From Bacteroidales bacterium (GTDB lineage Bacteria > Bacteroidota > Bacteroidia > Bacteroidales > FEN-979), in NCBI GenBank assembly GCA_038212325.1, contig JBBQUQ010000003.1, forward strand, positions 816 through 64,815: a DNA stretch of 64,000 nt. The letters run 5' to 3'. A program made the translations under genes and the position numbers. Below are positions 49,161 to 57,818 of this stretch, piece after piece; the stretch's first letter is position 1; each line of letters starts with the position of its first letter. The notes under the pieces were generated by a model. It was not told where the DNA came from. It worked only from the letters and a program-made list of their open reading frames with translations, and searched no databases.

Positions 49161-50294
49161 TTGTTCGACGACGACAAAGATTTGATATCCGGGTGCCTGA
49201 AAAAGGATACGGCTGCAGAATACCAGTTGTATCATCGGTTTGCGCCTAAAATGTTTGGAATTTGCCTGCGTTATGGTAGAAATCAATCCGAAGCAGAGGA
49301 GATTCTTCAGAAAGGGTTTATACATCTGTTCAGCCACCTGCATCAGTTTAAATTCGAGGGAAGCCTGGAGGGATGGGTACGGCGTGTCTTTGTCACCACC
49401 GCCATAAACTACTACGCAAAGCGCCTGAAATTCAGGAGGAATGTTGAATATGCCGACGATAAGGAATATTCCATGGTGCAGGAGGATCCCGCATCGGCCC
49501 TTTCAACAAAGGAGTTGCTTGGCATCATTCAAAGTCTTCCTGAAGGGTATCGTGCGGTTTTCAACCTGTATGTCTTTGAAAACTATGAGCACAAGGAGAT
49601 TGCGGAGTTGCTTGGGATTTCGGCAGGGGCATCGAAATCACAATTGAACAGGGCAAGAAATTTTGTGAAGAGCAGGCTCGATGATGGGGAAAAACGATAC
49701 AACATTGCTTATGCCGGCATCATGGAAGATAAGGATCCGATAGAAGAGAGTTTCAGGTCGGCATTGTCTGACCTCGAAGCAGAACCACCCGCCAGGGTTT
49801 GGGAAAGCCTGCACATGCAGTTGCATCCCTTGCCAAAACCTGCCGGCATCTGGGGCCGTGTTGCAACTTTTTCACTTCTGGCCGACAAACCAATAAGCTT
49901 TTACTTCGCATTGAGTTCGGCTGCAATCATTTTCTTCGTGGGGATATTATATTTTGGTTCGGGAGGTCATGCCACGGTGCGCGGACATGCTTATGCAGGA
50001 GCAGAGCGCCTTACCCAGGGAACCTCGGTGCTGTTTGAAGTTGCTGACCAAGCGATGCCATGGGATTCGGTGACCTATTACCGTTCTGCAAAAGTTGACC
50101 ATTACGGCCATTTTCAATTTACGAAAGTTGACGCAGGAAGATATTTGATGAGGGTTGATCCGGGCGGCAACTCAGAATTAGCCAGCGCGTATTTGCCAAC
50201 CTGGTTTGACCGGCATGCTGCGGCTGATTCAGGCCGCCTGATCATGATAAACAGGGGTGACGTGAATTTGGATGCACACCTTTTGAAAAAATAG
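49161..50294 (+). CDS. ECF sigma factor fused in frame to an anti-sigma-like segment, one TM helix and a periplasmic CarboxypepD_reg-like domain (377 aa)
   Basis: TTG is the only possible start, because an in-frame TAG lies at 49137-49139. Residues 1-175 align with the sigma at 45110 (LY.RFAPKMFGICLRYGRNQSEAEEILQKGF ; GYRAVFNLYVFENYEHKEIAELLGISAGASKSQLNRAR). The rest comprises MEDKDPIEESFRSALSDLEAEPPARVWESL, then a TM helix (ISFYFALSSAAIIFFVGILYF), then a beta-sandwich (VDHYGHFQFTKVDAGRYLMRV). Confidence 0.7.
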   Translation: MFDDDKDLISGCLKKDTAAEYQLYHRFAPKMFGICLRYGRNQSEAEEILQKGFIHLFSHLHQFKFEGSLEGWVRRVFVTTAINYYAKRLKFRRNVEYADDKEYSMVQEDPASALSTKELLGIIQSLPEGYRAVFNLYVFENYEHKEIAELLGISAGASKSQLNRARNFVKSRLDDGEKRYNIAYAGIMEDKDPIEESFRSALSDLEAEPPARVWESLHMQLHPLPKPAGIWGRVATFSLLADKPISFYFALSSAAIIFFVGILYFGSGGHATVRGHAYAGAERLTQGTSVLFEVADQAMPWDSVTYYRSAKVDHYGHFQFTKVDAGRYLMRVDPGGNSELASAYLPTWFDRHAAADSGRLIMINRGDVNLDAHLLKK

Positions 50295-50298
50295 TCAG

Positions 50299-50314
50299 AT
50301 GGTGAGATGGCGAA
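50299..50314 (+). repeat. two copies of the ATGGYGAR octamer between convergent stops
   Basis: atggtgag atggcgaa. The pair starts 5 nt after the TAG of the sigma fusion and ends 2 nt before the queD stop. It is the same unit as at 17543-17598. Confidence 0.6.
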
Positions 50315-50315
50315 A

Positions 50316-50762
50316 TCAGTTTTCTTCGGCGAACCATTCGGCATAGGAGCTTGCGGTCTCTCTCAACCGCATGCTGTGAAGCCTGACACCTGCCGGCAGT
50401 AAATTTCCGATTCGCGTGGCAAAATCAAGCAGGAAATTTTCACTGGTAGGCTGGTATGGCAAGTAAAGGATATTGGTGAAGGGTTCCCCGAATTTTTCGA
50501 GTTCATGCCTCGGAGCCTCTGCATTTAAAAGGAGTGCATGGTCAAATGGATCAACAATCTGCCTTTTGATGATCTTTTTCAGGTCGCCGAAATCCATGAC
50601 CATTCCAAGTTTTACCGATGTCGGATCAGAAACAGGCGTACCGATGACTGTTACCGACAATTCATAGGAATGGCCATGTACATTCTTACACGGGCCGTCG
50701 TATCCGGATAAAGCATGTGCCGATTCAAACCTGAATTCTTTGGTTACCCTGATTTGTTTCAT
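50316..50762 (-). CDS. queD: 6-carboxy-5,6,7,8-tetrahydropterin synthase
   Basis: Start set at ATG 50762 (MKQIRVTKEFRFESAHAL). It has the CxxxHGH motif (PCKNVHGHSYEL). Confidence 0.85.
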   Translation of the reverse strand: MKQIRVTKEFRFESAHALSGYDGPCKNVHGHSYELSVTVIGTPVSDPTSVKLGMVMDFGDLKKIIKRQIVDPFDHALLLNAEAPRHELEKFGEPFTNILYLPYQPTSENFLLDFATRIGNLLPAGVRLHSMRLRETASSYAEWFAEEN

Positions 50763-50814
50763 GCGTGTTGAATATCCTGCAAAGATATTAAAATCCCTCA
50801 TGCACACTAAACCG

Positions 50815-51375
50815 TTAAAGAATGGCAAGGTGTTCGAGCACAACTTTTATGCCGATGGCGATCAGTACGATTCCACCTGCAAATTCGGCCCACCGGGCAG
50901 GAATAATGGTGTTTTTTTCGCCAAGCTTTGCACCGATCACCGAAACGACAAAGGTAATGGCAGAGATAATAATGATTGCTTCATAAATGTTTGCCCTGAT
51001 GAATCCGAATCCAACACCGGTTATCAGGGCGTCGATGCTTGTAGCTATGGAAAGGGAGAGCAGAACAGGGATTTTCCTGATATCGAGCGCTCTCTTTCCC
51101 TCATTACCGGAGAATGATTGCAAGACCATTTTTAGGCCGATGAAAGCAAGAATGACAAAAGCGATCCAATGATCAACCGGCTCAATGGATGATTGAAGGC
51201 TGTTGCCTGCAAACCATCCGATCAGCGGCATGACTCCCTGGAAAAGTCCGAACAGGAGCGACATTCGGAGAACATCTTTCCAACTAAGTTTGCGGGATGT
51301 TCCGAAGGTGAGCGAAACGGCAAAGCAATCCATGGAAAGACCCAGGGAAATAAGAAACAGTTCGGCGAGATTCAA
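50815..51375 (-). CDS. mntP: manganese efflux pump MntP family protein
   Basis: 186 aa and six TM helices. It has LGLSMDCFAVS and a second SIDALITGVGF half-repeat. The apparent start is TTG and overlaps the upstream stop. Confidence 0.8.
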   Translation of the reverse strand: MNLAELFLISLGLSMDCFAVSLTFGTSRKLSWKDVLRMSLLFGLFQGVMPLIGWFAGNSLQSSIEPVDHWIAFVILAFIGLKMVLQSFSGNEGKRALDIRKIPVLLSLSIATSIDALITGVGFGFIRANIYEAIIIISAITFVVSVIGAKLGEKNTIIPARWAEFAGGIVLIAIGIKVVLEHLAIL

Positions 51376-51833
51376 CGGTAAATGAGATTAACGATTTTTT
51401 CGAGCCATTCGGCATCGGTTGCATCGAACGAGCCAAGGGTTTCACTATCAACGTCGAGTACCCCGGCAATGTCGCCCAACAGGCTTCTGACCGGAATTAC
51501 AATTTCCGACTGCGCGCGCGAATCACATGCAATGTGACCCGGAAACTGATGTACATCGGGCACCACCATTGTTTTCTGCTGGTCAATGGACGCCCAGCAA
51601 ACGCCGGTATGTTTTTGCAGGACCTGGCAGGCCAGCGGACCCTGGTAGGTATGAACCGTCAGTTCCCCTGATTTGAGAAGATAAAAGCCGGTCCAGAAAA
51701 AATATTCCATTTTATGATGCAGAATTGCCACGATCGTAGCCATGCGGGCATCAGGCTCGGCCGATTTAAGCATCAGCCCGTCCAGCTGGTCATACAAACG
51801 CTGATAGCGTGCCTGTTTTTTTATAATATCCAT
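51372..51833 (-). CDS. GAF domain protein (free methionine-(R)-sulfoxide reductase family)
   Basis: 153 aa. Motifs are WTGFYL, GPLAC..L....GVCW, HIACDSRAQSEIVIP and LDVDS. Confidence 0.75.
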   Translation of the reverse strand: MDIIKKQARYQRLYDQLDGLMLKSAEPDARMATIVAILHHKMEYFFWTGFYLLKSGELTVHTYQGPLACQVLQKHTGVCWASIDQQKTMVVPDVHQFPGHIACDSRAQSEIVIPVRSLLGDIAGVLDVDSETLGSFDATDAEWLEKIVNLIYR

Positions 51834-51841
51834 GGTAATGA

Positions 51842-53215
51842 TTACGCAAGGTCGAGGGCAACCGTAAAGTGGCGCATGATGGGCGCTTCAGTGACAATTC
51901 TCAACCCTTTGCGTATGGTGTCGCGTCGGTTGTAAATATTTTTCAGGGCCACAGCCACAACATCCATATGGTTATTGGTATAGACCCTTCTGGGGATGGC
52001 AAGTCGCATGAGTTCCAGTGCCGGATAACGGTTTTGCCGCGTAACCGGGTCGCGGTCGGCCAGCAGGGCGCCGATTTCAACGCCACGCACACCCGCTTCA
52101 AGGTAAAGTTCAACTGCAAGGGTTTGTGCCTGGAATTCCTCTTTGGGCAGGTGAGGCAGAAAACGCTTCGCATCAACAAATACCGCATGCCCGCCAATCG
52201 GTTGCTGAACAGGGATTCCAAACTCCATCAACCGTTTTCCAAGATATTCGACCTGCCTGATCCGCGTTTCAAGGTAATCGAATTCAGTGCCATCGTAAAG
52301 GCCCTGAGCCAGGGCATTCATGTCGCGCCCCGACATTCCCCCATAGGTGATGTATCCTTCGAACATGATGTTGAACACGCTCGCCTTGCTGTGAAGTTCT
52401 TTGCTGCGCATGGCAATGAAGCCGCCCATGTTCACGATGGCGTCCTTTTTGGCGCTCATGGTCATGGCGTCGGCACAGGCAAACATCTCCAGAACAATTT
52501 CGCGAATGGGTTTATCCTGGCACCCATCTTCACGCAATTTGATAAAATAGGCATTTTCGGCAAAACGGGCAGAATCAAAGACGACCATTTTCCCATATTT
52601 GTCGGCCAGGTTCCTGACCATTTTCAGGTTTGCGATCGAAACAGGCTGACCTCCCGATGAATTGCAGGTAACGGTAACAATGATGAAAGAGATTTTATCT
52701 CCCTTGGATTTCAGGATGTTTTCAAGTTTTACCGGATCCAGGTTGCCTTTGAAAGGGTGAGACAGGGTTGTGTCGAATGCCTCATCGATGGTGCAGTCGA
52801 CGGCCGTTGCCTTGCGGAATTCAATGTGGCCTTTGGTGGTGTCAAAATGAGAATTTCCGGGAATGATGTCACCCTCCTTGATGAGTACCGAAAACAATAC
52901 ATTTTCGGCGGCACGTCCCTGGTGGGTCGGTAAAAAGTGTTCAAATCCGAGAATCTCCCTGATGGCATCTTTCATTTTAAAGTAAGAGGAGGCACCGGCA
53001 TAACTCTCATCACCCAGCATCATTTCCGACCATTGCCGGTCGCTCATGGCACCTGTTCCCGAATCGGTTAGCAAGTCGATAAATACCTGATCGCTCCTGA
53101 GCCCAAACAGGTTATAGCCCGCATCTTTGATCCATTTTTCACGTTCCTGGCGGCTGCTCTTACGTATAGGCTCCACCATTTTGATTTTAAAGGACTCGGC
53201 AAAGGGTAAATCCAT
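51842..53215 (-). CDS. beta-eliminating lyase: tryptophanase / tyrosine phenol-lyase family
   Basis: 457 aa. It has FKIKMVEPI, DLLTDSGTGAMS, the PLP-lysine region SAKKDAIVNMGGF, and RLAIPRRVYT. The sequence alone does not let me separate TnaA from Tpl. Confidence 0.85.
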   Translation of the reverse strand: MDLPFAESFKIKMVEPIRKSSRQEREKWIKDAGYNLFGLRSDQVFIDLLTDSGTGAMSDRQWSEMMLGDESYAGASSYFKMKDAIREILGFEHFLPTHQGRAAENVLFSVLIKEGDIIPGNSHFDTTKGHIEFRKATAVDCTIDEAFDTTLSHPFKGNLDPVKLENILKSKGDKISFIIVTVTCNSSGGQPVSIANLKMVRNLADKYGKMVVFDSARFAENAYFIKLREDGCQDKPIREIVLEMFACADAMTMSAKKDAIVNMGGFIAMRSKELHSKASVFNIMFEGYITYGGMSGRDMNALAQGLYDGTEFDYLETRIRQVEYLGKRLMEFGIPVQQPIGGHAVFVDAKRFLPHLPKEEFQAQTLAVELYLEAGVRGVEIGALLADRDPVTRQNRYPALELMRLAIPRRVYTNNHMDVVAVALKNIYNRRDTIRKGLRIVTEAPIMRHFTVALDLA

Positions 53216-53239
53216 AAGATAACTATTTTAGAATGGCCG

Positions 53240-53247
53240 CAAAGGTA
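53240..53247 (-). promoter_or_regulatory. putative -7 box for the lyase-GAF-mntP-queD string
   Basis: TACCTTTG on the minus strand, 24 nt upstream of ATG 53215. Confidence 0.45.
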
Positions 53248-53303
53248 GGATATTATTTCGATTTTTTTTTTCGTAACTGCTTGTCTGTTTGCGAAAAATC
53301 ACG

Positions 53304-53311
53304 TAGGTTTG
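53304..53311 (+). promoter_or_regulatory. putative -7 box for ptb-permease-buk
   Basis: TAGGTTTG, 48 nt upstream of ATG 53360. Confidence 0.4.
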
Positions 53312-53359
53312 CCCCGAAGGAAAGGACTGTTCGTAATTTTTTATTTTTAATACAGCTAT

Positions 53360-54286
53360 ATGACTACAACAACTGGAGTGATCGGGAATGAAGGCTTAAA
53401 GAAGCTCACCGACCTCAATGAACTGGCAGTAAAATCAGGTAAAAAGAGGCTTGCCGTCGCAGTCGCGCACGATGAACATTGCCTCGAAGCAATTTGCGCC
53501 GTGGATCGGATGGGGATGGTGGAAGCCATCCTGGTCGGAAATGCAAAGAAAATTCATGAAATTGCCGGTAAACTGAACCTCGATGTAAGCGCCATGAAGA
53601 TCGTCAATGAAGAGGTTGACGCCAATTCAGTGAAGATCGCCGTTAAGATGGTCCGCAACAAGGAGGCAGATATCCTGATGAAGGGCAATGTGCCGACTGC
53701 CGTGTTCCTTCGCGGGGTGCTTGACAAAGAAAACGGGTTGCGAAAGGGAGAGGTGTTGTCGCATTTCGCTTTGTTTGAAATTCCCACCTACCATAAGTTG
53801 CTTGGCCTTACCGATGCGGCCATGATTCCGGCCCCCGATTTTAAAACCAAGGTCGCCCTCACCACGAATGCCGTTGAATTCATGAACAAGCTGGGATATG
53901 CCCGGCCTAAAGTTGCAGTTCTTGCCGCTGTGGAGATGGTGAATGAAGCCATGCCTGCTACGCTGGAGGCTGCCATGCTTTCAAAAATGAGCCAGCGTGG
54001 CCAGATAAAAAACTGCATCATCGACGGGCCGCTGGCCTATGACAATGCCGTAAGCGCAGCCAGTGCGAAACACAAAGGTATTGTGAGCGATGTTGCGGGA
54101 GATGCCGATCTCCTCATCGTTCCCGACATTGAAGCCGGCAACATCCTGTACAAAGCCCTGGGATTTTCAGCAAATGCAAAACTTGCAGCGGTGGTGCTGG
54201 GAGCCGCAGCGCCGATTGTGCTCACCTCCCGGTCTGACACCGAAGAGTCGAAGCAGGCCAGCATCGTGATGGCTGCAGCAGTATAG
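53360..54286 (+). CDS. ptb: phosphate butyryltransferase (phosphate acyltransferase family)
   Basis: 308 aa. Motifs are LVGN...I, ADILMKG, LTDAAM, DGPLAYDNAVS and IEAGNILYK. A butyrate kinase gene lies downstream. Confidence 0.8.
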   Translation: MTTTTGVIGNEGLKKLTDLNELAVKSGKKRLAVAVAHDEHCLEAICAVDRMGMVEAILVGNAKKIHEIAGKLNLDVSAMKIVNEEVDANSVKIAVKMVRNKEADILMKGNVPTAVFLRGVLDKENGLRKGEVLSHFALFEIPTYHKLLGLTDAAMIPAPDFKTKVALTTNAVEFMNKLGYARPKVAVLAAVEMVNEAMPATLEAAMLSKMSQRGQIKNCIIDGPLAYDNAVSAASAKHKGIVSDVAGDADLLIVPDIEAGNILYKALGFSANAKLAAVVLGAAAPIVLTSRSDTEESKQASIVMAAAV

Positions 54287-54310
54287 CGTTCATTAGCATA
54301 ACCTGAAACA

Positions 54311-55849
54311 ATGGCCAAAAACCTGTTCCTTGTAAAACCTCTCGGTGAACTGCTCCAGGAAGCGAAAGACAATAAGTCGGGCTTAAAGAAAACGCTGACG
54401 GGCTTAAACCTTACGACCCTTGGAATCGGGGCCATCATCGGGGCGGGAATTTTTGTTCTCACAGGGCAGGCCGCAGCCCAGTATGCCGGTCCTGCCATCG
54501 TGATTTCATTTATCATTTCAGGGATCGCCTGCGCCTTTGCCGGATTGTGCTATGCGGAGTTTGCCTCGATGATCCCTATTTCGGGAAGCGCCTACACTTA
54601 TTCCTATGCGACGCTTGGTGAATTTCTGGCATGGATCATCGGCTGGGATCTCATACTCGAATATCTCTTTGCAGCTTCTACAGTGTCGGTCGGATGGTCG
54701 GGATATGTTGTCAGCTTTTTAAGAGACTTCGGGATTTTTATCCCGACGGCGTTTACGGCAGCCACCGGATCGGTGCTGGTTGAAGTTCCAAAACTGGGAT
54801 GGCAGCAGCTCACCGAAAATCTGAGCACCGGTTTGCTGGCCCAGGGGATAAACATCGACACCCTCCCCCATGTTACCGCCATCGTCAACCTTCCGGCCAT
54901 GGTCATTATTGCAATTCTTACTTTGCTGCTGATCATCGGAATAAGAGAGTCGGCCAATTTCAACAACATCATGGTCATTGTAAAAGTTGCTGTCATCATC
55001 CTGTTTATCGGCATTGGCGTGGCATTCGTGCGGGCCGACAACTGGCATCCTTTTATCCCGGAAAACACCGGGGTTTGGGGCCATTTCGGATGGAGCGGCA
55101 TCCTGCGGGGCGCCGGAGTGATTTTCTTTGCCTATATCGGATTCGATGCCGTATCCACGGCCGCCCAGGAGGCCAAAAACCCACAGCGCGACATGCCTAT
55201 CGGGATACTCGGATCGCTGAGCCTCTCAACCGTGCTCTATATCCTGGTTGCCATTGTACTCACCGGGATTGTCAGCTATACAACGCTGAATGTTTCTGAT
55301 CCGGTGGCAGTTGGGGTGAACGCCATGGGCGAAAGCATGTTCTGGCTCAGGCCTATCGTGAAGATTGCCGCTATTGCCGGCCTGAGTTCTGTAATTCTGG
55401 TCATGCTGATGGGACAACCGCGGATCTTTTATTCCATGTCAAAAGACGGGCTGCTACCACCGGTATTTTCCAAGGTGCATCCCAGGTTTAAAACACCCTA
55501 TGTCAGCACCATCCTTACCGGGTGTGTTGCCATTGTGCTTGCAGGGGTTCTTCCTATCAGCATCCTGGGGGAACTTGTATCCATCGGCACCCTGCTTGCC
55601 TTTGCAATTGTTTGCGTCAGCATCATCGTTCTGCGCAAAACCCGGCCCGATATCGAACGTCCGTTCCGAACCCCCCTCGTGCCCCTTATCCCCATCCTGG
55701 GAGCCCTTATCTGCTTTATCCAGATGGCTGCTTTGCCAATGGATACCTGGATGCGGCTCATCATCTGGATGGCGCTTGGCATGGTGATCTATTTTACCTA
55801 CAGTTACCATCACTCCGTTCTCAGAAATAATTCCAAAGGTTCAAAATAA
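54311..55849 (+). CDS. APC superfamily amino acid permease (cationic amino acid transporter-like)
   Basis: 512 aa with about 12-14 TM helices. It has an N-terminal LKKTL..L.LT.LGIGAIIGAGIFVLTG signature. Confidence 0.85.
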   Translation: MAKNLFLVKPLGELLQEAKDNKSGLKKTLTGLNLTTLGIGAIIGAGIFVLTGQAAAQYAGPAIVISFIISGIACAFAGLCYAEFASMIPISGSAYTYSYATLGEFLAWIIGWDLILEYLFAASTVSVGWSGYVVSFLRDFGIFIPTAFTAATGSVLVEVPKLGWQQLTENLSTGLLAQGINIDTLPHVTAIVNLPAMVIIAILTLLLIIGIRESANFNNIMVIVKVAVIILFIGIGVAFVRADNWHPFIPENTGVWGHFGWSGILRGAGVIFFAYIGFDAVSTAAQEAKNPQRDMPIGILGSLSLSTVLYILVAIVLTGIVSYTTLNVSDPVAVGVNAMGESMFWLRPIVKIAAIAGLSSVILVMLMGQPRIFYSMSKDGLLPPVFSKVHPRFKTPYVSTILTGCVAIVLAGVLPISILGELVSIGTLLAFAIVCVSIIVLRKTRPDIERPFRTPLVPLIPILGALICFIQMAALPMDTWMRLIIWMALGMVIYFTYSYHHSVLRNNSKGSK

Positions 55850-55860
55850 GCAGTATTCGA

Positions 55861-56934
55861 ATGAAAGACATCAGGGTTCTAGCCATTAATCCAGGATCTA
55901 CCTCAACCAAGATTGCCGTATATCAGAATGCGGAGCCTATCTTTTTAAAGAATATCAAACATACCACGGATGAACTTGCGCCATTTTCAAAGATAACAGA
56001 CCAGTTTCATTTCCGCAAAGAGATCATCCTGCAGCAGCTTCAGGAAGCCGACATTCACATTGATGACCTGCAGGCTGTTGTTGGCCGTGGCGGTTTATTA
56101 AAGCCCATCCAGTCGGGGATTTATGAAGTGAATGACATCATGATCGCCGACCTGCAAAGCAGCCCCTTCGGTGAGCATGCCAGCAACCTGGGAGGGTTGA
56201 TTGCCCATGACCTGGTAAAAAACCTGCCGAATGCAAAAGCCTATATCGTTGATCCTATTGTAGTTGATGAGTTCGACGACATTGCCAGGATCTCAGGTCA
56301 TCCGTTGCTGCAGCGCGTTTCCATTTTTCATGCACTGAATCAGAAGGCGGTAGCCCGCGAATATGCCAAATCGATTCGCCGCAAGTACGAGGAACTGAAC
56401 CTGATCGTTGTTCATCTCGGCGGTGGAATCACCATTGGCGCACACCAGAAAGGGAGAGTCATTGATGTGAACCAGGGCCTCGACGGCGAGGGGCCCTTCA
56501 GCCCTGAGCGCACCGGAACGTTGCCGGTTGGCGACCTGGTGAGGCTCTGCTTCAGCGGCAGGTATTCGCAGAAGGAGGTTCAGAAAATGGTGAAAGGTGA
56601 GGGCGGACTAGTCGCCTACCTTGGCACCAACAACGCATATGATGTTGAAAAAATGGTAGATGCCGGTGATGCCCATGCCGAATTGATCTATCATGCCATG
56701 GCATACCAGGTTGCAAAATACGTGGGGGAGATGTATACGGTGCTGAAATGTGAAGTGGATGCCATCCTCATCACGGGGGGGATTGCCTATGATAAAGGTT
56801 TCGTGAACTGGATCCAGGAGCGGGTTTACAAACTGGCACCCATTCATATTTATCCCGGGGAAGACGAAATGAAAGCCCTGGCCATAAACGGACTCATGGT
56901 GGTTCGCGGAGAACTGGATGTGAAGGTATATTAA
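55861..56934 (+). CDS. buk: butyrate kinase
   Basis: 357 aa. It has INPGSTSTKIAVY, VVHLGGGI.IGAH and ITGGIAYD (ASKHA fold). Confidence 0.9.
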   Translation: MKDIRVLAINPGSTSTKIAVYQNAEPIFLKNIKHTTDELAPFSKITDQFHFRKEIILQQLQEADIHIDDLQAVVGRGGLLKPIQSGIYEVNDIMIADLQSSPFGEHASNLGGLIAHDLVKNLPNAKAYIVDPIVVDEFDDIARISGHPLLQRVSIFHALNQKAVAREYAKSIRRKYEELNLIVVHLGGGITIGAHQKGRVIDVNQGLDGEGPFSPERTGTLPVGDLVRLCFSGRYSQKEVQKMVKGEGGLVAYLGTNNAYDVEKMVDAGDAHAELIYHAMAYQVAKYVGEMYTVLKCEVDAILITGGIAYDKGFVNWIQERVYKLAPIHIYPGEDEMKALAINGLMVVRGELDVKVY

Positions 56935-56987
56935 ATACTAAATATCTTTTTTTTTCACGCCATGCCTTGTTAATTGGAAATAATTTG

Positions 56988-56995
56988 TAACTTTG
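56988..56995 (+). promoter_or_regulatory. putative -7 box for rplU-rpmA
   Basis: TAACTTTG, 35 nt upstream of ATG 57031. Confidence 0.5.
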
Positions 56996-57030
56996 CACTC
57001 CCAAAATTACCAACATCAATTCATTATAAC

Positions 57031-57399
57031 ATGTACGCAATCGTTGAAATAGCCGGTCAGCAGTTTAAGGTAGAGCAGAATGACGAAATCTTTGTTCACA
57101 GGCTCGAAGGTGACCCAGGAACAAAAATCGAATTCGACCAGGTATTGCTGCTGGATAACGACGGCAAGATCAGTGTTGGCAAACCCCTGCTGGAAGGTGC
57201 CAGCATCACAGGCCAGATCGTGGACCATGTGAGAGGCGACAAAGTGGTTATCTTTAAAAAGAAGCGCCGCAAAGGCTATGAGAAGGAGTCGGGCCACCGC
57301 CAGGATTTCAGCAAAGTGCTCATTGAAGATATCAGTGTACAAAGCGCAGCCAAAGCTAAAAAAGCCAGGGAAAAAGAAGAGGAACCGGCCGAAGCATAG
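57031..57399 (+). CDS. rplU: 50S ribosomal protein L21
   Basis: MYAIVEIAGQQFKV... and HRQDF. It has a short K/E-rich C-terminal tail. The start is an internal ATG of the track ORF. Confidence 0.9.
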   Translation: MYAIVEIAGQQFKVEQNDEIFVHRLEGDPGTKIEFDQVLLLDNDGKISVGKPLLEGASITGQIVDHVRGDKVVIFKKKRRKGYEKESGHRQDFSKVLIEDISVQSAAKAKKAREKEEEPAEA

Positions 57400-57404
57400 C
57401 GCTC

Positions 57405-57440
57405 CGATTGTAAATCGTAATTCGTTAATTCGTTAATAAT
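57405..57440 (+). repeat. short tandem repeat CGTTAATT / CGTAATT with TAA in all three frames, directly after the rplU stop
   Basis: cgattgtaaat cgtaatt cgttaatt cgttaata. TAA triplets at 57411, 57418, 57426, 57434 and 57437 cover all three frames. Confidence 0.6.
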
Positions 57441-57448
57441 TATAGTGT

Positions 57449-57718
57449 ATGGCACACAAAAAAGGAGCGGGTAGTTCAAGCAACGGCCGCGAATCGCACA
57501 GCAAACGTTTAGGTGTTAAAATTTATGGCGGTCAGTATGCAAAATCAGGCGCCATCATTCTCCGTCAGCGCGGAACAGTGCATAACCCCGGACTGAACGT
57601 GGGTATCGGTAAAGATCATACCCTGTTCGCCCTCGTGGAAGGTATTGTTGAATTCAAGAAAAAGCGTAGCGACCGTTCGTTTGTATCGATTGTGCCGATG
57701 GAAGCGACTGCCAATTAA
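57449..57718 (+). CDS. rpmA: 50S ribosomal protein L27
   Basis: [23 protein letters not shown]....[22 protein letters not shown]. Confidence 0.95.
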   Translation: MAHKKGAGSSSNGRESHSKRLGVKIYGGQYAKSGAIILRQRGTVHNPGLNVGIGKDHTLFALVEGIVEFKKKRSDRSFVSIVPMEATAN

Positions 57719-57732
57719 GGTTTTATGGTGCT

Positions 57733-57769
57733 AAACCTTCCAGGTTTTAGAAACCTGGAAGGTTTTTTT
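57733..57769 (+). terminator. intrinsic terminator after rpmA
   Basis: A perfect 15-bp stem, aaaccttccaggttt (57733-57747) paired with aaacctggaaggttt (57751-57765), a 3-nt loop, then TTTT. Confidence 0.85.
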
Positions 57770-57818
57770 ATGTCAGACTGGCAGGTTTTCACTATTTTTA
57801 CCTGCAAACAATTGTATT

